Shown here in pieces: positions 8,709 through 17,920 of a stretch of 53,729 nt of DNA (positions within the stretch are counted from its first letter, which is position 1; the number at the start of each line of letters is the position of its first letter). The notes under the pieces are model-generated. The model had not been told where the DNA came from and did not search any database. It saw nothing but the letters and a program-made list of their open reading frames with translations. The position numbers and the translations under genes are program-made. The stretch comes from a virus (taxonomy: Duplodnaviria > Caudoviricetes), in IMG/VR virus record IMGVR_UViG_3300036846_000650, positions 1 to 53,729 of that record; one strand, given 5' to 3'.

Positions 8709-9955
8709 CCGTGATGGCACCATCTGGCGATCCGACTATTCCGGTAGTGCCGTCGGCACCGCCAGCGCAGCTTCCCGGGGAAGCCAACACCGCCACGCCC
8801 GACATCACGCCGTCCGCGGCATCGGACCCATCGCCCAGCTATCAGCAAGCCTATGCCGACCCGAATGCGAAATCCGGCCAGCGCTACTGGCTGCGCAAGT
8901 GGAAGCTGACGATTAGTAGTCCTGACACTCAAGTGCCGGTCACTACGGGAAGCAGTCCGAAAACACCTGGAGCCACGCCGTCGCAGCGCGCAGCAACGGT
9001 GCTGCCGGAGGTGACGGTCACCGCCAAGCGCGATCCGTCCACCACCACCAAGAGCGGGCAGACCATGGACCTGTCGCTCCTGCACATCACCTTCACGGTG
9101 GAGAAGGGCACCTACCAGAGCCCGACCACCGCGGTGATCCGGGTCTACAATCTGGGCCTGGATGACATGGCGAAAATCGCCAAGCAGTACAAACAGGTGA
9201 CCCTGGAAGCGGGCTATCAGAATGACCCGTATGGCATCATCTTCAAGGGCACCATCGCGTGGTTCGAGCACGGCAAGCAGAGCCCGACCGAGACCATGCT
9301 GACGATCCACGCCAACGAACTCGACGTGGCGGTGAATAATGCGGCGGTGAATGCGACGCTGCCGGCGGGTGTAACCCACAAGGACGTGGTGATGGCGGCG
9401 GCGACCGCGATGGCTCCGTTCGGGCTGTCGGTCGGCTACATCTCGAAATACCTGGATGACAGCAAGAGCCCACGCAGTCGCACCGTGTTTGGCATGGCAC
9501 GCGACGTGCTGCGCGACATCACCCGGACCAACAACGCCACCGCCTCTATCGATGGCGGGCAACTGAATATCGTGCGCTACGATGAGACCCTGCCGTCACC
9601 GGCCATCGTGCTGAACACCGCCCACGGCATGATCGGCATTCCCTCGATCGTCGCCGGCCAGGGCGTGCACGTGCGGTCACTGCTCAATCCGGCATTCAAG
9701 GCCAACGGCTCGCTGCGGATCGACCAACGCGGCATGATGCAGCAGGAAGGCGATCAAAGCACCGATCCGCAGAAGGGCTTGGCGCTGGCCGCCGACGCCG
9801 CGGCCAAGCTCCAGGTGTCGGCCGATGGTAGCTACAAAATCCTCAAGGTGACGCACACCGGGGATAATCGCGGCAACGCGTGGTATTCCGACCTCACCAC
9901 AGAGCCATCGGTGCCGACCGCGGCCAATCTCGGGATCAAGGTGACGGGAGAGTAA
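8705..9955 (+). CDS. Baseplate hub protein with Pro/Thr-rich N-terminal extension
   Basis: WLRKWKL, AVIRVYNL, VTLEAGY...GIIFKG, SLLNP and HTGDNRGNAWY motifs. Confidence 0.85.
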   Translation: MTVMAPSGDPTIPVVPSAPPAQLPGEANTATPDITPSAASDPSPSYQQAYADPNAKSGQRYWLRKWKLTISSPDTQVPVTTGSSPKTPGATPSQRAATVLPEVTVTAKRDPSTTTKSGQTMDLSLLHITFTVEKGTYQSPTTAVIRVYNLGLDDMAKIAKQYKQVTLEAGYQNDPYGIIFKGTIAWFEHGKQSPTETMLTIHANELDVAVNNAAVNATLPAGVTHKDVVMAAATAMAPFGLSVGYISKYLDDSKSPRSRTVFGMARDVLRDITRTNNATASIDGGQLNIVRYDETLPSPAIVLNTAHGMIGIPSIVAGQGVHVRSLLNPAFKANGSLRIDQRGMMQQEGDQSTDPQKGLALAADAAAKLQVSADGSYKILKVTHTGDNRGNAWYSDLTTEPSVPTAANLGIKVTGE

Positions 9956-10267
9956 ATGAACGCTGCTTCGCCTATTCTGATCGAGGCTAGGGCGCGGGGG
10001 CTGAAACGCTTCTTCACCGGCAAGCCGTGCAAGTATGGCCACGTGTCGGAGCGGACTGTGTCCGGACAGAAGTGCGTCGCTTGCCTTCTGATATATGAGC
10101 AGGAGCGCTACGCCGCTGATCCAGCGCCCAAGATAGCCAAGACCGCAGCATATTATGCCAGGAACAAGGCTCGGATGGACCTCCTGAGAGCTAACTGGCG
10201 CGCGGCAAACAAGGATCACATCCGCCAGTACGAACGTGCGTGGAGGCGAGATAATGGCCGCCACTGA
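9956..10267 (+). CDS. Second Zn-binding HNH-associated N-terminal domain protein, no nuclease domain
   Basis: GLKRFFTGKPCKYGHVSER...CVAC; paralogous to 7212-7529. Confidence 0.75.
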   Translation: MNAASPILIEARARGLKRFFTGKPCKYGHVSERTVSGQKCVACLLIYEQERYAADPAPKIAKTAAYYARNKARMDLLRANWRAANKDHIRQYERAWRRDNGRH

Positions 10268-12662
10268 GCTTTTACAAGAATTCTTAGTAAGTGTCCGCTA
10301 CGGCGTAGACGCGGCCAGCCAGCGCTCATTCCTCGATGGGCTGAAGCGGATGGCCGGCTCGGTCTCCGGGGTGGCGGCGGAGGTGGTGGCACTGTCCGGC
10401 GCGGTGATCGCGTTTGCCGAGAAGATGGCGCGGGCCGGCGAGCAACTGTACTTCATGGGCCAGCGGATCGGCTCGACGGTCAACGACATCCAGGCGGCCA
10501 CCTTCGCGATGAGCCAACTGGGCACATCGGCCGATGACGCGAAATCCTCGATGGAGTCGCTGGGTAGGTTCCAGCGCACCTACGGCCCGGCCGCCACCGC
10601 GTATATGCGGATGCTCGGGGTGACCGCCACCGACACCGCGCACCAGATGCAGCAACTCGGCCAGATCATCGGCCGGATGGGGCCGCAGGGGAGTGTCGGC
10701 TACGCGCGCGGGCTGGCGATGGCCGGCATGATGGGGATCAGTGAAAACGCCCTGCGTGCGGTCAGCAGTCCGGAATATCAGGCGCAACTGGCGTGGTTCG
10801 ACAAGCTCACCGAGAGCATCAACAAGGCCGGCGGCAATCTCGGTCGGTTCGGTATTCTGTCGCATCAGGTCATGGATACCTTCCGACAATGGTGGGCGCT
10901 GATCGAGCAGATTGCGCAGGCATTTGCGGTCGCGTTATTCCCTGGCCTCAACAAAAACATGCAGACCATGCTGGGGATGATGCAGGCGCATATGCCGCAG
11001 ATCATCGCCTGGGTGCAGGGGGCGGCGCAGGCATTAACTGCGTTCGGCGACACCATCATGTTCGTGGTGCGCGGCCTGGGGCAGTTTACCGAATGGATCG
11101 GCAATCTCGATCCGATGATCCGGCACATCATCGAGGGCTTCGCCGGGCTGAAGGCCGCGATGTGGCTGATCGGCACGGAAATCCTGTCATCGCCGTTCGG
11201 CTGGCTGTTGATGACGCTCGGCGCGATCATGCTGTTGCTGGACGACTACAGCGCCTGGGCGTCGGGCGGCAAGTCGGCCATCAACTGGTCCTTCCTGGGG
11301 GATTTCCAGAAGAAATTCGCCGGCATCAAGGAAGGCATCGACGGCTGGATGAAGTCGATCTTTGGGGTCGAGCACGGCTTCAATGATCTGGTCGGCGCGG
11401 CAAGTGTGCTGTTCGGAGCCTGGATGCTGGGCGGCTTCGCCAAGGCGGAGGCTGCGGTCAAGGCGATCGGCGCGGCGGCCACGTCGTCACTGGGGCAATT
11501 CCTGCTCCTGACCGCAGCGATCATGGGCGCGGGGTGGCTGAAGGGAAAACTCGAACAAGGCAGCGAGGCGGTCGAGCGCTTCCTGTTTGGTGACAAGCGG
11601 GTGAACGAACGCAAGAAGATGCAGGAGCAGGGGCGCGAGCAATTCTGGCGTGGGGTGAGAAATGCGCCGTCGGCGATCGGCGGCGGCCTGGGCTGGCTAT
11701 GGCATCACACGCTTGGCTCCTCACCCGCGGCTGCGGCTGAGACCGGTGGTGGTGGCAAGACCGGCACTACCGCCACGCCAGCGGCATCGCCTGCATCGGT
11801 GGCTGCCGCGGCTGCGGCTGCGGCGACCGCGGTGGTGACTGGCGGCACGGCGGGCGGACCGGGTGGCGGTGACCCGTTCGCCTTCGACTGGTCGAAATAT
11901 GACGTGGGCGGCGCTGAGTCGAAGGACTTCCAAGACACCTACGGCCCGACCGGCATGGGCTCGCTGGGCTCGACCGGCGGGGTGGGCTCATTGCCCGGCG
12001 GCGGCATGTCCGATCCGATCTCGCCGCGGGACGCCTCTGCCAACGCGGTCCGGCTGCGCGACAAGATCATGGCCATGCTGGGAGTACCCGCCAATGTCGC
12101 GGCGGGCATCGTGTCCAATCTGATGGCCGAGTCCGGCGGCGTCTCGGACATCTGGTCGAAGATGGCACCGGTCGGCCAGGGCGGCTACGGGCTGATGCAG
12201 TGGGCTGGCTCACGCAGACGGGCACTGTTTGCTTGGGCGAAATCCAAGGGGCTCGATGCGTCCAAAGAGGACGTGCAACTGATGTTCATGAAGGAGGAGC
12301 TTGCCGCCAAATTCCCTGGCTTACTCGGCCGGATGGGAGGGATGACCGCGGAGCAGGCGGCCGGGCTATTCTTCGATGTCGCTGAGTCGGGCGGCGCGCA
12401 AAGTCTGATGCAGTATCGCCCCGGGCATATGGCGTGGGCCAGGAATGTAGAGCGGGCCTCCTCCGCAGACTTCGCGACTCCAGCGCCTTCGACGCCGATG
12501 ACCCGGCAGCACGCTTCGGCCGGAGGGCCGATGAACTTGCATCATCAGGTGGCGATCAATCTGCACGCGCCGGACCCGCACACCGGGGCGCGGCTGGTAG
12601 CGGATAATCAGGCCAGGATGCACGAGGACCTCGTGCGCAAGGCCGGTGGAGTGCTGGTATGA
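10254..12662 (+). CDS. Tape measure protein with C-terminal phage tail lysozyme domain
   Basis: LLQEFLVSV start; long Ala/Gly helical region with hydrophobic segments; AAGIVSNLMAESG...GYGLMQW lysozyme-like motif. Confidence 0.9.
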   Translation: MAATELLQEFLVSVRYGVDAASQRSFLDGLKRMAGSVSGVAAEVVALSGAVIAFAEKMARAGEQLYFMGQRIGSTVNDIQAATFAMSQLGTSADDAKSSMESLGRFQRTYGPAATAYMRMLGVTATDTAHQMQQLGQIIGRMGPQGSVGYARGLAMAGMMGISENALRAVSSPEYQAQLAWFDKLTESINKAGGNLGRFGILSHQVMDTFRQWWALIEQIAQAFAVALFPGLNKNMQTMLGMMQAHMPQIIAWVQGAAQALTAFGDTIMFVVRGLGQFTEWIGNLDPMIRHIIEGFAGLKAAMWLIGTEILSSPFGWLLMTLGAIMLLLDDYSAWASGGKSAINWSFLGDFQKKFAGIKEGIDGWMKSIFGVEHGFNDLVGAASVLFGAWMLGGFAKAEAAVKAIGAAATSSLGQFLLLTAAIMGAGWLKGKLEQGSEAVERFLFGDKRVNERKKMQEQGREQFWRGVRNAPSAIGGGLGWLWHHTLGSSPAAAAETGGGGKTGTTATPAASPASVAAAAAAAATAVVTGGTAGGPGGGDPFAFDWSKYDVGGAESKDFQDTYGPTGMGSLGSTGGVGSLPGGGMSDPISPRDASANAVRLRDKIMAMLGVPANVAAGIVSNLMAESGGVSDIWSKMAPVGQGGYGLMQWAGSRRRALFAWAKSKGLDASKEDVQLMFMKEELAAKFPGLLGRMGGMTAEQAAGLFFDVAESGGAQSLMQYRPGHMAWARNVERASSADFATPAPSTPMTRQHASAGGPMNLHHQVAINLHAPDPHTGARLVADNQARMHEDLVRKAGGVLV

Positions 12663-13399
12663 GCGGCCTGATCTCTGCTGGGAGTCAGCTATTTTCGGTC
12701 GGCTCGCAGGCATTAAGTGCCACCGGGCTGATGCCGGCCTTCATCCGTGCCCAGCGGCAGATCGACACCATCATTCCGGACGTGACCATCGAGGAGCATC
12801 ACTCCGATCGAATGGAGATCACCAATCATCCGGTCGCCTCGGGCTCGCCTATCTCGGATCACGCCTACCGTCAGCCATCGCAGGTGGTGATGCGGCTGGG
12901 CTGGACCAATTCCAATCCGCTCGGCGCGGTGGGCTCCGGCTTTTCCTCCGGCGGCGGCTTCAGTGATCTGGCGGGCGGTCTGGCGGGGGCAGCTACTGGG
13001 GCGCTCTCGGCCTTCACCGAACAGCGGGTGAAGGACATCTACGCCACCCTGCTCTCGCTCCAGGCTGGCGGCACCCCGGGGACCACCGATCCCAAGCCGA
13101 TGCCGTTCGCGCTCACCACCGGCAAGCGCAACTACAAGAATATGCTGATCGCCGAATTGCGCGTCACCACCGACCGGCACAGCGAATACTCGCTGATGGT
13201 GGAAGCGCGGATGCAGGAAGTCATTATCGTCACGACTTCCACCACCGACACGCCGGGGCAGGCGGATCAGGCGCAGCCGTCAAAGACCGCCAGCACCACC
13301 GATACCGGCACCACCAAGCCGCGGGAGTCGTTCCTGTCCAAGGGCGCGACCTTCTTCGGCTACACGCCGCCGGCTGGCGGCTACAAGCCATTCGGATGA
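12659..13399 (+). CDS. Baseplate/tube-initiator (Dit-like) protein
   Basis: TIEEHHSD.MEITNHPV.SG..ISDHAY and TGKRNYKNMLI motifs. Confidence 0.85.
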   Translation: MSGLISAGSQLFSVGSQALSATGLMPAFIRAQRQIDTIIPDVTIEEHHSDRMEITNHPVASGSPISDHAYRQPSQVVMRLGWTNSNPLGAVGSGFSSGGGFSDLAGGLAGAATGALSAFTEQRVKDIYATLLSLQAGGTPGTTDPKPMPFALTTGKRNYKNMLIAELRVTTDRHSEYSLMVEARMQEVIIVTTSTTDTPGQADQAQPSKTASTTDTGTTKPRESFLSKGATFFGYTPPAGGYKPFG

Positions 13400-13743
13400 G
13401 CGGCACCGACATCGAGGTGCTGGCCCAGGAAATTCCCCTGGTCATCGGCACGCCGCAGCAATTCTTCCTGCCGCTCGATCCTAATCAATACCAGTTCGTG
13501 CTGCTCTACCGCGACGCCGACATGGGCGGCTGGGTGCTGGACATCAACGACGGTCTGGGCAATCCGCTGGTGTGCGGCATTCCGCTGGTGAGCGGGCACG
13601 ATCTGCTCGAACAATACGTTTACCTGAATATCCCTGGGCAATTGTGGATCACCTCGGATGGCGATGTTACCGCGGTGCCGACCTTCGATGCGCTCGGCCT
13701 CAGCACGCGGCTGTATTTCCTGCCCAACGTGACCCCGACATGA
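13396..13743 (+). CDS. Small baseplate (plug-family) protein
   Basis: GWVLDI.DG.GNPLVCGIPLVSG.DLLEQY motif. Confidence 0.85.
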   Translation: MSGTDIEVLAQEIPLVIGTPQQFFLPLDPNQYQFVLLYRDADMGGWVLDINDGLGNPLVCGIPLVSGHDLLEQYVYLNIPGQLWITSDGDVTAVPTFDALGLSTRLYFLPNVTPT

Positions 13744-14366
13744 GCGACTATCTCGACATCCGGCAGCGCTATTCGGACGGGCTGGAAGCCTTGCAGACGG
13801 TGCACGACGGCCGACAGGCGCAGATCAACACCGCGATGCCGGCCACGGTGGTCTCGTTCAATCCGACCGCGCTCACGGTGAATGTGCAGCCTTCGATCCA
13901 GGCGGTGCAGATCAACACCGACGGCACCCAGAGCCACATCACGATCGCCGAACTGCACGACGTGCCGGTGGTGTTTCCTGGTGGTGGCGGTCATCTGCTC
14001 ACCTACCCGATCCAGCCGGGGGATGATTGCCTGATCATCTTCTCGCAGCGTTCGATCGATCACTGGTGGCAGTTGGGCCAACTGCACCCACCCTCGGACT
14101 GGCGGATGCACGACATCAACGACGGCTTCGCGCTGATCGGCGTGCGCAGCCTGCCCAAGGTGCCGGGCGGCGGCGGTAATCGACTATTCCGCAACGCGGG
14201 CGCGCCGGTCTCCACCACCACGGTGCAGCTTCGCTCGGACGACGGTCAGATGGTGATCGACCTCAATCCGGCGTCCAACACGGTGACCATCACGGCGCAG
14301 AAGATCGTGCTCAACGCCGGCCAGTCGATCACCATGACCTCGCCGCTGATCCAGCAAAATCCATGA
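13740..14366 (+). CDS. Central spike, Gp138/gpV-like
   Basis: ATGA-coupled start at 13740; TAMPATVVSF, DVPVVFP, PGDDCLIIFSQRSIDHWW and RMHDINDG motifs. Confidence 0.9.
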   Translation: MSDYLDIRQRYSDGLEALQTVHDGRQAQINTAMPATVVSFNPTALTVNVQPSIQAVQINTDGTQSHITIAELHDVPVVFPGGGGHLLTYPIQPGDDCLIIFSQRSIDHWWQLGQLHPPSDWRMHDINDGFALIGVRSLPKVPGGGGNRLFRNAGAPVSTTTVQLRSDDGQMVIDLNPASNTVTITAQKIVLNAGQSITMTSPLIQQNP

Positions 14367-14473
14367 GCAAAGAGCAGATCGAAGCCAACCGCCGGATCGA
14401 AAAACTGTGGCGCGCTGGCAAGCTCAGCTTTGCCGCATTCGATCAGTGGCTACGCTGGATGTGTGGAGTGTGA
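14363..14473 (+). CDS. 36-aa hypothetical peptide
   Basis: ATGA overlap with the spike stop; MSKEQIEANRRIEKLWRAG... Confidence 0.45.
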   Translation: MSKEQIEANRRIEKLWRAGKLSFAAFDQWLRWMCGV

Positions 14474-14565
14474 TGAAACGCTGGCTGCCGCATGACGTGA
14501 TCGACTGGATACTGATCGCCATCATGTTGCTGTCGATCAATCAACTGTTGGGATTGTTCCGATGA
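14473..14565 (+). CDS. 30-aa single-TM peptide
   Basis: TGATG overlap upstream and ATGA overlap downstream; MKRWLPHDVIDWILIAIMLLSINQLLGLFR. Confidence 0.45.
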   Translation: MKRWLPHDVIDWILIAIMLLSINQLLGLFR

Positions 14566-14762
14566 CGCCAGAGCAAGAGCCGTTATTGCAATTTTTTGGC
14601 TACCTGCATCTTCCGGTGGAATTGCAGGAAGTGTCGATGCCGTTCTGCGAACTAGCCAACAAGCTGGTCGATGTGCTGCCACGCAACCCGGAGCGCACGG
14701 TCGCCCTGCGCAAGCTCCTGGAGGCGAAGGACTGCGCCGTGCGGGCGAAACTGTATCGATGA
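14562..14762 (+). CDS. Acb2/Tad1-like helical hairpin protein (candidate immune-signal sponge)
   Basis: FFGYLHLP...ELANKLVDVLPRNPERTVALRKLLEAKDCAVRA matches the F.Y.H / ELA..I...P...E...A..KL.EA pattern. Confidence 0.65.
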   Translation: MTPEQEPLLQFFGYLHLPVELQEVSMPFCELANKLVDVLPRNPERTVALRKLLEAKDCAVRAKLYR

Positions 14763-15031
14763 GAGCGCTGGCGCGCCTGGGCGACGGAAGTGACCACGGC
14801 GGCACTATCGTGTCGGCCTCGTCCTCGGTCACGGCGGATGGCAAGGGTGTGGCGCGGGAAGGCGATAGCCATAGCTGTCCGATCACCGGACACGGCACCA
14901 CGGCGCTGTCGCACGGCACGCCGCCGACCACGATCACGGTGGACGGCCGCAAGGCAATCTACGTCGGCGATACTGCCGGCTGCGGTGCTGCCATCACCAG
15001 TGGCTCGCCCACGGTGTTCGCCGGCCCGTGA
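14759..15031 (+). CDS. PAAR-domain spike tip protein
   Basis: ARLGD..DHGG, VAREGD...CP..GH and VGD..GCGA repeats. Confidence 0.93.
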   Translation: MRALARLGDGSDHGGTIVSASSSVTADGKGVAREGDSHSCPITGHGTTALSHGTPPTTITVDGRKAIYVGDTAGCGAAITSGSPTVFAGP

Positions 15032-15105
15032 CCACCACCCGTGCGTTGCTGGTCATCGTCGTGGGTGCGGCGATCATGTTGTTTCTGATGGGTCTGAGGG
15101 GATGA
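15028..15105 (+). CDS. 25-aa single-TM peptide
   Basis: GTGA overlap; MTTTRALLVIVVGAAIMLFLMGLRG. Confidence 0.4.
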   Translation: MTTTRALLVIVVGAAIMLFLMGLRG

Positions 15106-15108
15106 GCC

Positions 15109-15636
15109 ATGAGATATCGACGCTTGGACCCGACCGGCGACATGACCTTTGGGCGCGGCCAGAATGACTTCCTGGTCAATCAGCCCGAAGCGGTGGCGCA
15201 ACTGGTGATGACCCGGCTGCGGCTCAACTACGGGGAATGGTTCGCCGACACCGCGGACGGCACGCCGTGGAATGCCCGGGTGCTGGGCGAGCGCACCCAG
15301 GGCACCCGGGACGCGGTGGTGCGCTCGCGCGTGTTCGATACCCAGGGCGTGTCCGCGCTCACCGGCTACAACAGCCTGTCGGAGCCGAACACCCGCAACT
15401 GGACCGCGGCGATGGTGATCCGGACGGTCTACGGCCCGGCCGGGGTGGCGGTAGCGAGGCTGCCCGGCAGCCTGCCGGTGGGCGCGGTGCCGCCTGGGCC
15501 CGGGGCGCAGCTACTCGGCCTCACTGCCGGCACACGCGGCACCACGATCAGTGCCTCGCCGGCCTACCTGCCGATCGGGCCGCAGGCGGACATCACCGAA
15601 TTCAGCATCACCGCGCTTGATCCGGGGCGCTTCTGA
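15109..15636 (+). CDS. Baseplate wedge subunit (gp25/gp46-like) with C-terminal extension
   Basis: MRYRRLD..GD.TFG, AVAQLV.TRL.L..GEWF.D...GTPW motifs. Confidence 0.88.
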   Translation: MRYRRLDPTGDMTFGRGQNDFLVNQPEAVAQLVMTRLRLNYGEWFADTADGTPWNARVLGERTQGTRDAVVRSRVFDTQGVSALTGYNSLSEPNTRNWTAAMVIRTVYGPAGVAVARLPGSLPVGAVPPGPGAQLLGLTAGTRGTTISASPAYLPIGPQADITEFSITALDPGRF

Positions 15637-15992
15637 TGTCCGTCGCGCTGCGCGTTGTGCCGGGGCGCATGGATATGCCCCGCCCGGCCCTTGGGAAGCC
15701 CGCTGAGCCTCCCGCCCGGCCGACGCTCGTCCTGGTGGGGCCGGAGGGCTGGCCGCCGCCCAGGGCCGTCGCAGCCCGGCCGGTGAAGATGTTGTCCTCC
15801 TACGCGATGCGCGAGGCGGCGCTGGGCCCGACGCCCACCCCACCCGCGATCTCCGCGGCCGTCCGGGTCGGGCTGGTCGCGTCCGAGACCCAAGGCACCA
15901 AGATCACCATGACCCCGGCCAACATGCTGTTCGGCCCAGAGGCCGACATCACCGAGTTCGTGGTCACCTTGCTCGATCCCGGCACCTACTGA
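15636..15992 (+). CDS. Hypothetical protein sharing a 32-aa C-terminal motif with the upstream wedge gene
   Basis: TGATG coupling; GPEADITEF...LDPGTY. Confidence 0.65.
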   Translation: MSVALRVVPGRMDMPRPALGKPAEPPARPTLVLVGPEGWPPPRAVAARPVKMLSSYAMREAALGPTPTPPAISAAVRVGLVASETQGTKITMTPANMLFGPEADITEFVVTLLDPGTY

Positions 15993-15998
15993 GGTCCC

Positions 15999-17216
15999 AT
16001 GAGCGGCACACTCTCCCCGACAGCGGCCTATGTGGACCAGTACGGTATCCACGCGCCCACCTTCACCGACATCCAAAACTACTTGATTTTGCAGTTTCAA
16101 CGCATCTACGGCAGCGACATCGTCACCTCCAACGACAGCCAGGACGGGCAACTGATCGGGGTGCTGGCGCTGGCGCTGGCGGACACCAACAGCGCCTGCC
16201 TCGCGGTCTACAACAGCTTCTCGCCGTCCACCGCCCAGGGCGTCGGACTGAGCAGCATGGTCAAGATCAACGGGATGACCCGGCAACTGCCGTCGAATTC
16301 CATGGTCGATCTGGTGTTGGTCGGCCAAGCCGGCACCCCGATTTCCAACGGCTACGCCACCGACGTGGCATCGCAGCGGTGGAACTTGCCGGTGTCAGTG
16401 CTGATCCCGCCCTCCGGGACCATCACGGTCACCGCCACCGCCGCCCAGCCGGGCGCGCTCACCGCGCAGCCGGGCGATATCACCCGGATCGGCAGTCCCA
16501 CCAGAGGCTGGCAGAGCGTCAACAATCCCACCGCCGCCAATCCTGGTGCGCCGGTGGAGACCGATGCGGCGCTGCGGGTGCGCCAGAGCACGTCGGCCGG
16601 GCTGCCGTCGGCCAGCGTGCTCGCCGGCATCCTGGGCGCGGTGTTGTCGCTGCCGGGGGTGACCGGCGGCAAAATCTACGAGAACGACACCGGGGCTACC
16701 GACGCCACCACCGGGCTGTCGGCGCACTCGATCGGGCTGGTGATCGAAGGCGGCGACGCGGCGCTGATCTGCCAGACCATCCTGCATCACAAGACCCCCG
16801 GCTGTTACACCGAAGGCACGACCCGGGTATCGACCGATGATGTCTACGGGCTGCCGCATGACATCGGATTTTATGTGCCGACGCAGAAGCCGGTCGGGGT
16901 GGCGATCACACTCACCGCGAAGCCGGGCTATTCCTCGGTGATCGGGCTGGCGATCTCGCAGACCATCGCCGACTACATCAATGGTCAGGGCTCCGGCGAG
17001 GAGGTGGTGTACTCGAAGCTGTGGTCCCCGGCCAATCTGTGCGACACCACGACCGGGCAGCCGCCGTCGGCGTCGAACACCTACGACATCACCGCGATGA
17101 CCATGGGCACGCCGGTGGATGGCACCGGGGCCTCCTACAGCACCGCCAATATTCCGGTGGCGATTTTCGAGATCGCGATGTGTGATCCGGCCAACGTGGT
17201 GATCACGGTCAGCTAA
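15999..17216 (+). CDS. Baseplate J/gp47-like wedge protein
   Basis: DSQDGQLIG, YNSFSPSTAQG, ETDAALRVRQ and IYENDT motifs. Confidence 0.92.
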   Translation: MSGTLSPTAAYVDQYGIHAPTFTDIQNYLILQFQRIYGSDIVTSNDSQDGQLIGVLALALADTNSACLAVYNSFSPSTAQGVGLSSMVKINGMTRQLPSNSMVDLVLVGQAGTPISNGYATDVASQRWNLPVSVLIPPSGTITVTATAAQPGALTAQPGDITRIGSPTRGWQSVNNPTAANPGAPVETDAALRVRQSTSAGLPSASVLAGILGAVLSLPGVTGGKIYENDTGATDATTGLSAHSIGLVIEGGDAALICQTILHHKTPGCYTEGTTRVSTDDVYGLPHDIGFYVPTQKPVGVAITLTAKPGYSSVIGLAISQTIADYINGQGSGEEVVYSKLWSPANLCDTTTGQPPSASNTYDITAMTMGTPVDGTGASYSTANIPVAIFEIAMCDPANVVITVS

Positions 17217-17217
17217 A

Positions 17218-17901
17218 ATGGCAAACGACCTCAGCACGTATCTCGGGCTGGTCCCGTCATGGAACAGCACCCGGCCGAAATTCATGTCCACCGTGGCGGC
17301 GCTGATCCAACCGTTGGTGGAAGCGCAGGCGATGCTGGCCAAGCTCACCGCCGACTTCGACCTGGACACCGCGATCGGCGTGCAGTTGGACATGGTGGGC
17401 CAGTGGCTCAACCGGAACCGCTACGTCACGGAGCCGATCACCGGCGTATTTTTCGCTTTCAACACCGATAAGGTGGGCTTCAATCAGGGGATATGGCTCG
17501 GGCCCTATCAGGACACTGACGCGCTGACCGCGCTGGACGACACCACCTATCGCGCGGTGCTGAAGCTGCAAGCCATTGCGAATGCCTGGGATGGCGCTCT
17601 GCCCTCGGTGCAGGCGGCGCTGGACGAAGTCTTTCCCGGCATCGTGGTGCAGGACAAGGGCGACACGCCGACCGGCCTGATGGCGATGGACGTGATCATC
17701 CCGAACACCTTCCTGTCGGCCACCTTGCTCGCGGTGCTGGAGCAGGACTTTCCGGTGCGACCGTCCGGGGTGCTGGTGAACATCATCGAGACCACGGTGC
17801 AGGGCGTGCCCATTTTTGCATTTAATCTGCCGCTGACCGCCGCCAATCAGTTCGGCGGCTTTAACGAGGCAGCCTGGGGTCAGATCATCCAGTCGCAGTA
17901 A
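17218..17901 (+). CDS. Baseplate protein (DUF2612 type)
   Basis: FDLDTAIGVQLDMVGQW and LDDTTYR..LK motifs. Confidence 0.9.
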   Translation: MANDLSTYLGLVPSWNSTRPKFMSTVAALIQPLVEAQAMLAKLTADFDLDTAIGVQLDMVGQWLNRNRYVTEPITGVFFAFNTDKVGFNQGIWLGPYQDTDALTALDDTTYRAVLKLQAIANAWDGALPSVQAALDEVFPGIVVQDKGDTPTGLMAMDVIIPNTFLSATLLAVLEQDFPVRPSGVLVNIIETTVQGVPIFAFNLPLTAANQFGGFNEAAWGQIIQSQ

Positions 17902-17920
17902 AACAAGGGGCCAGAAACGC

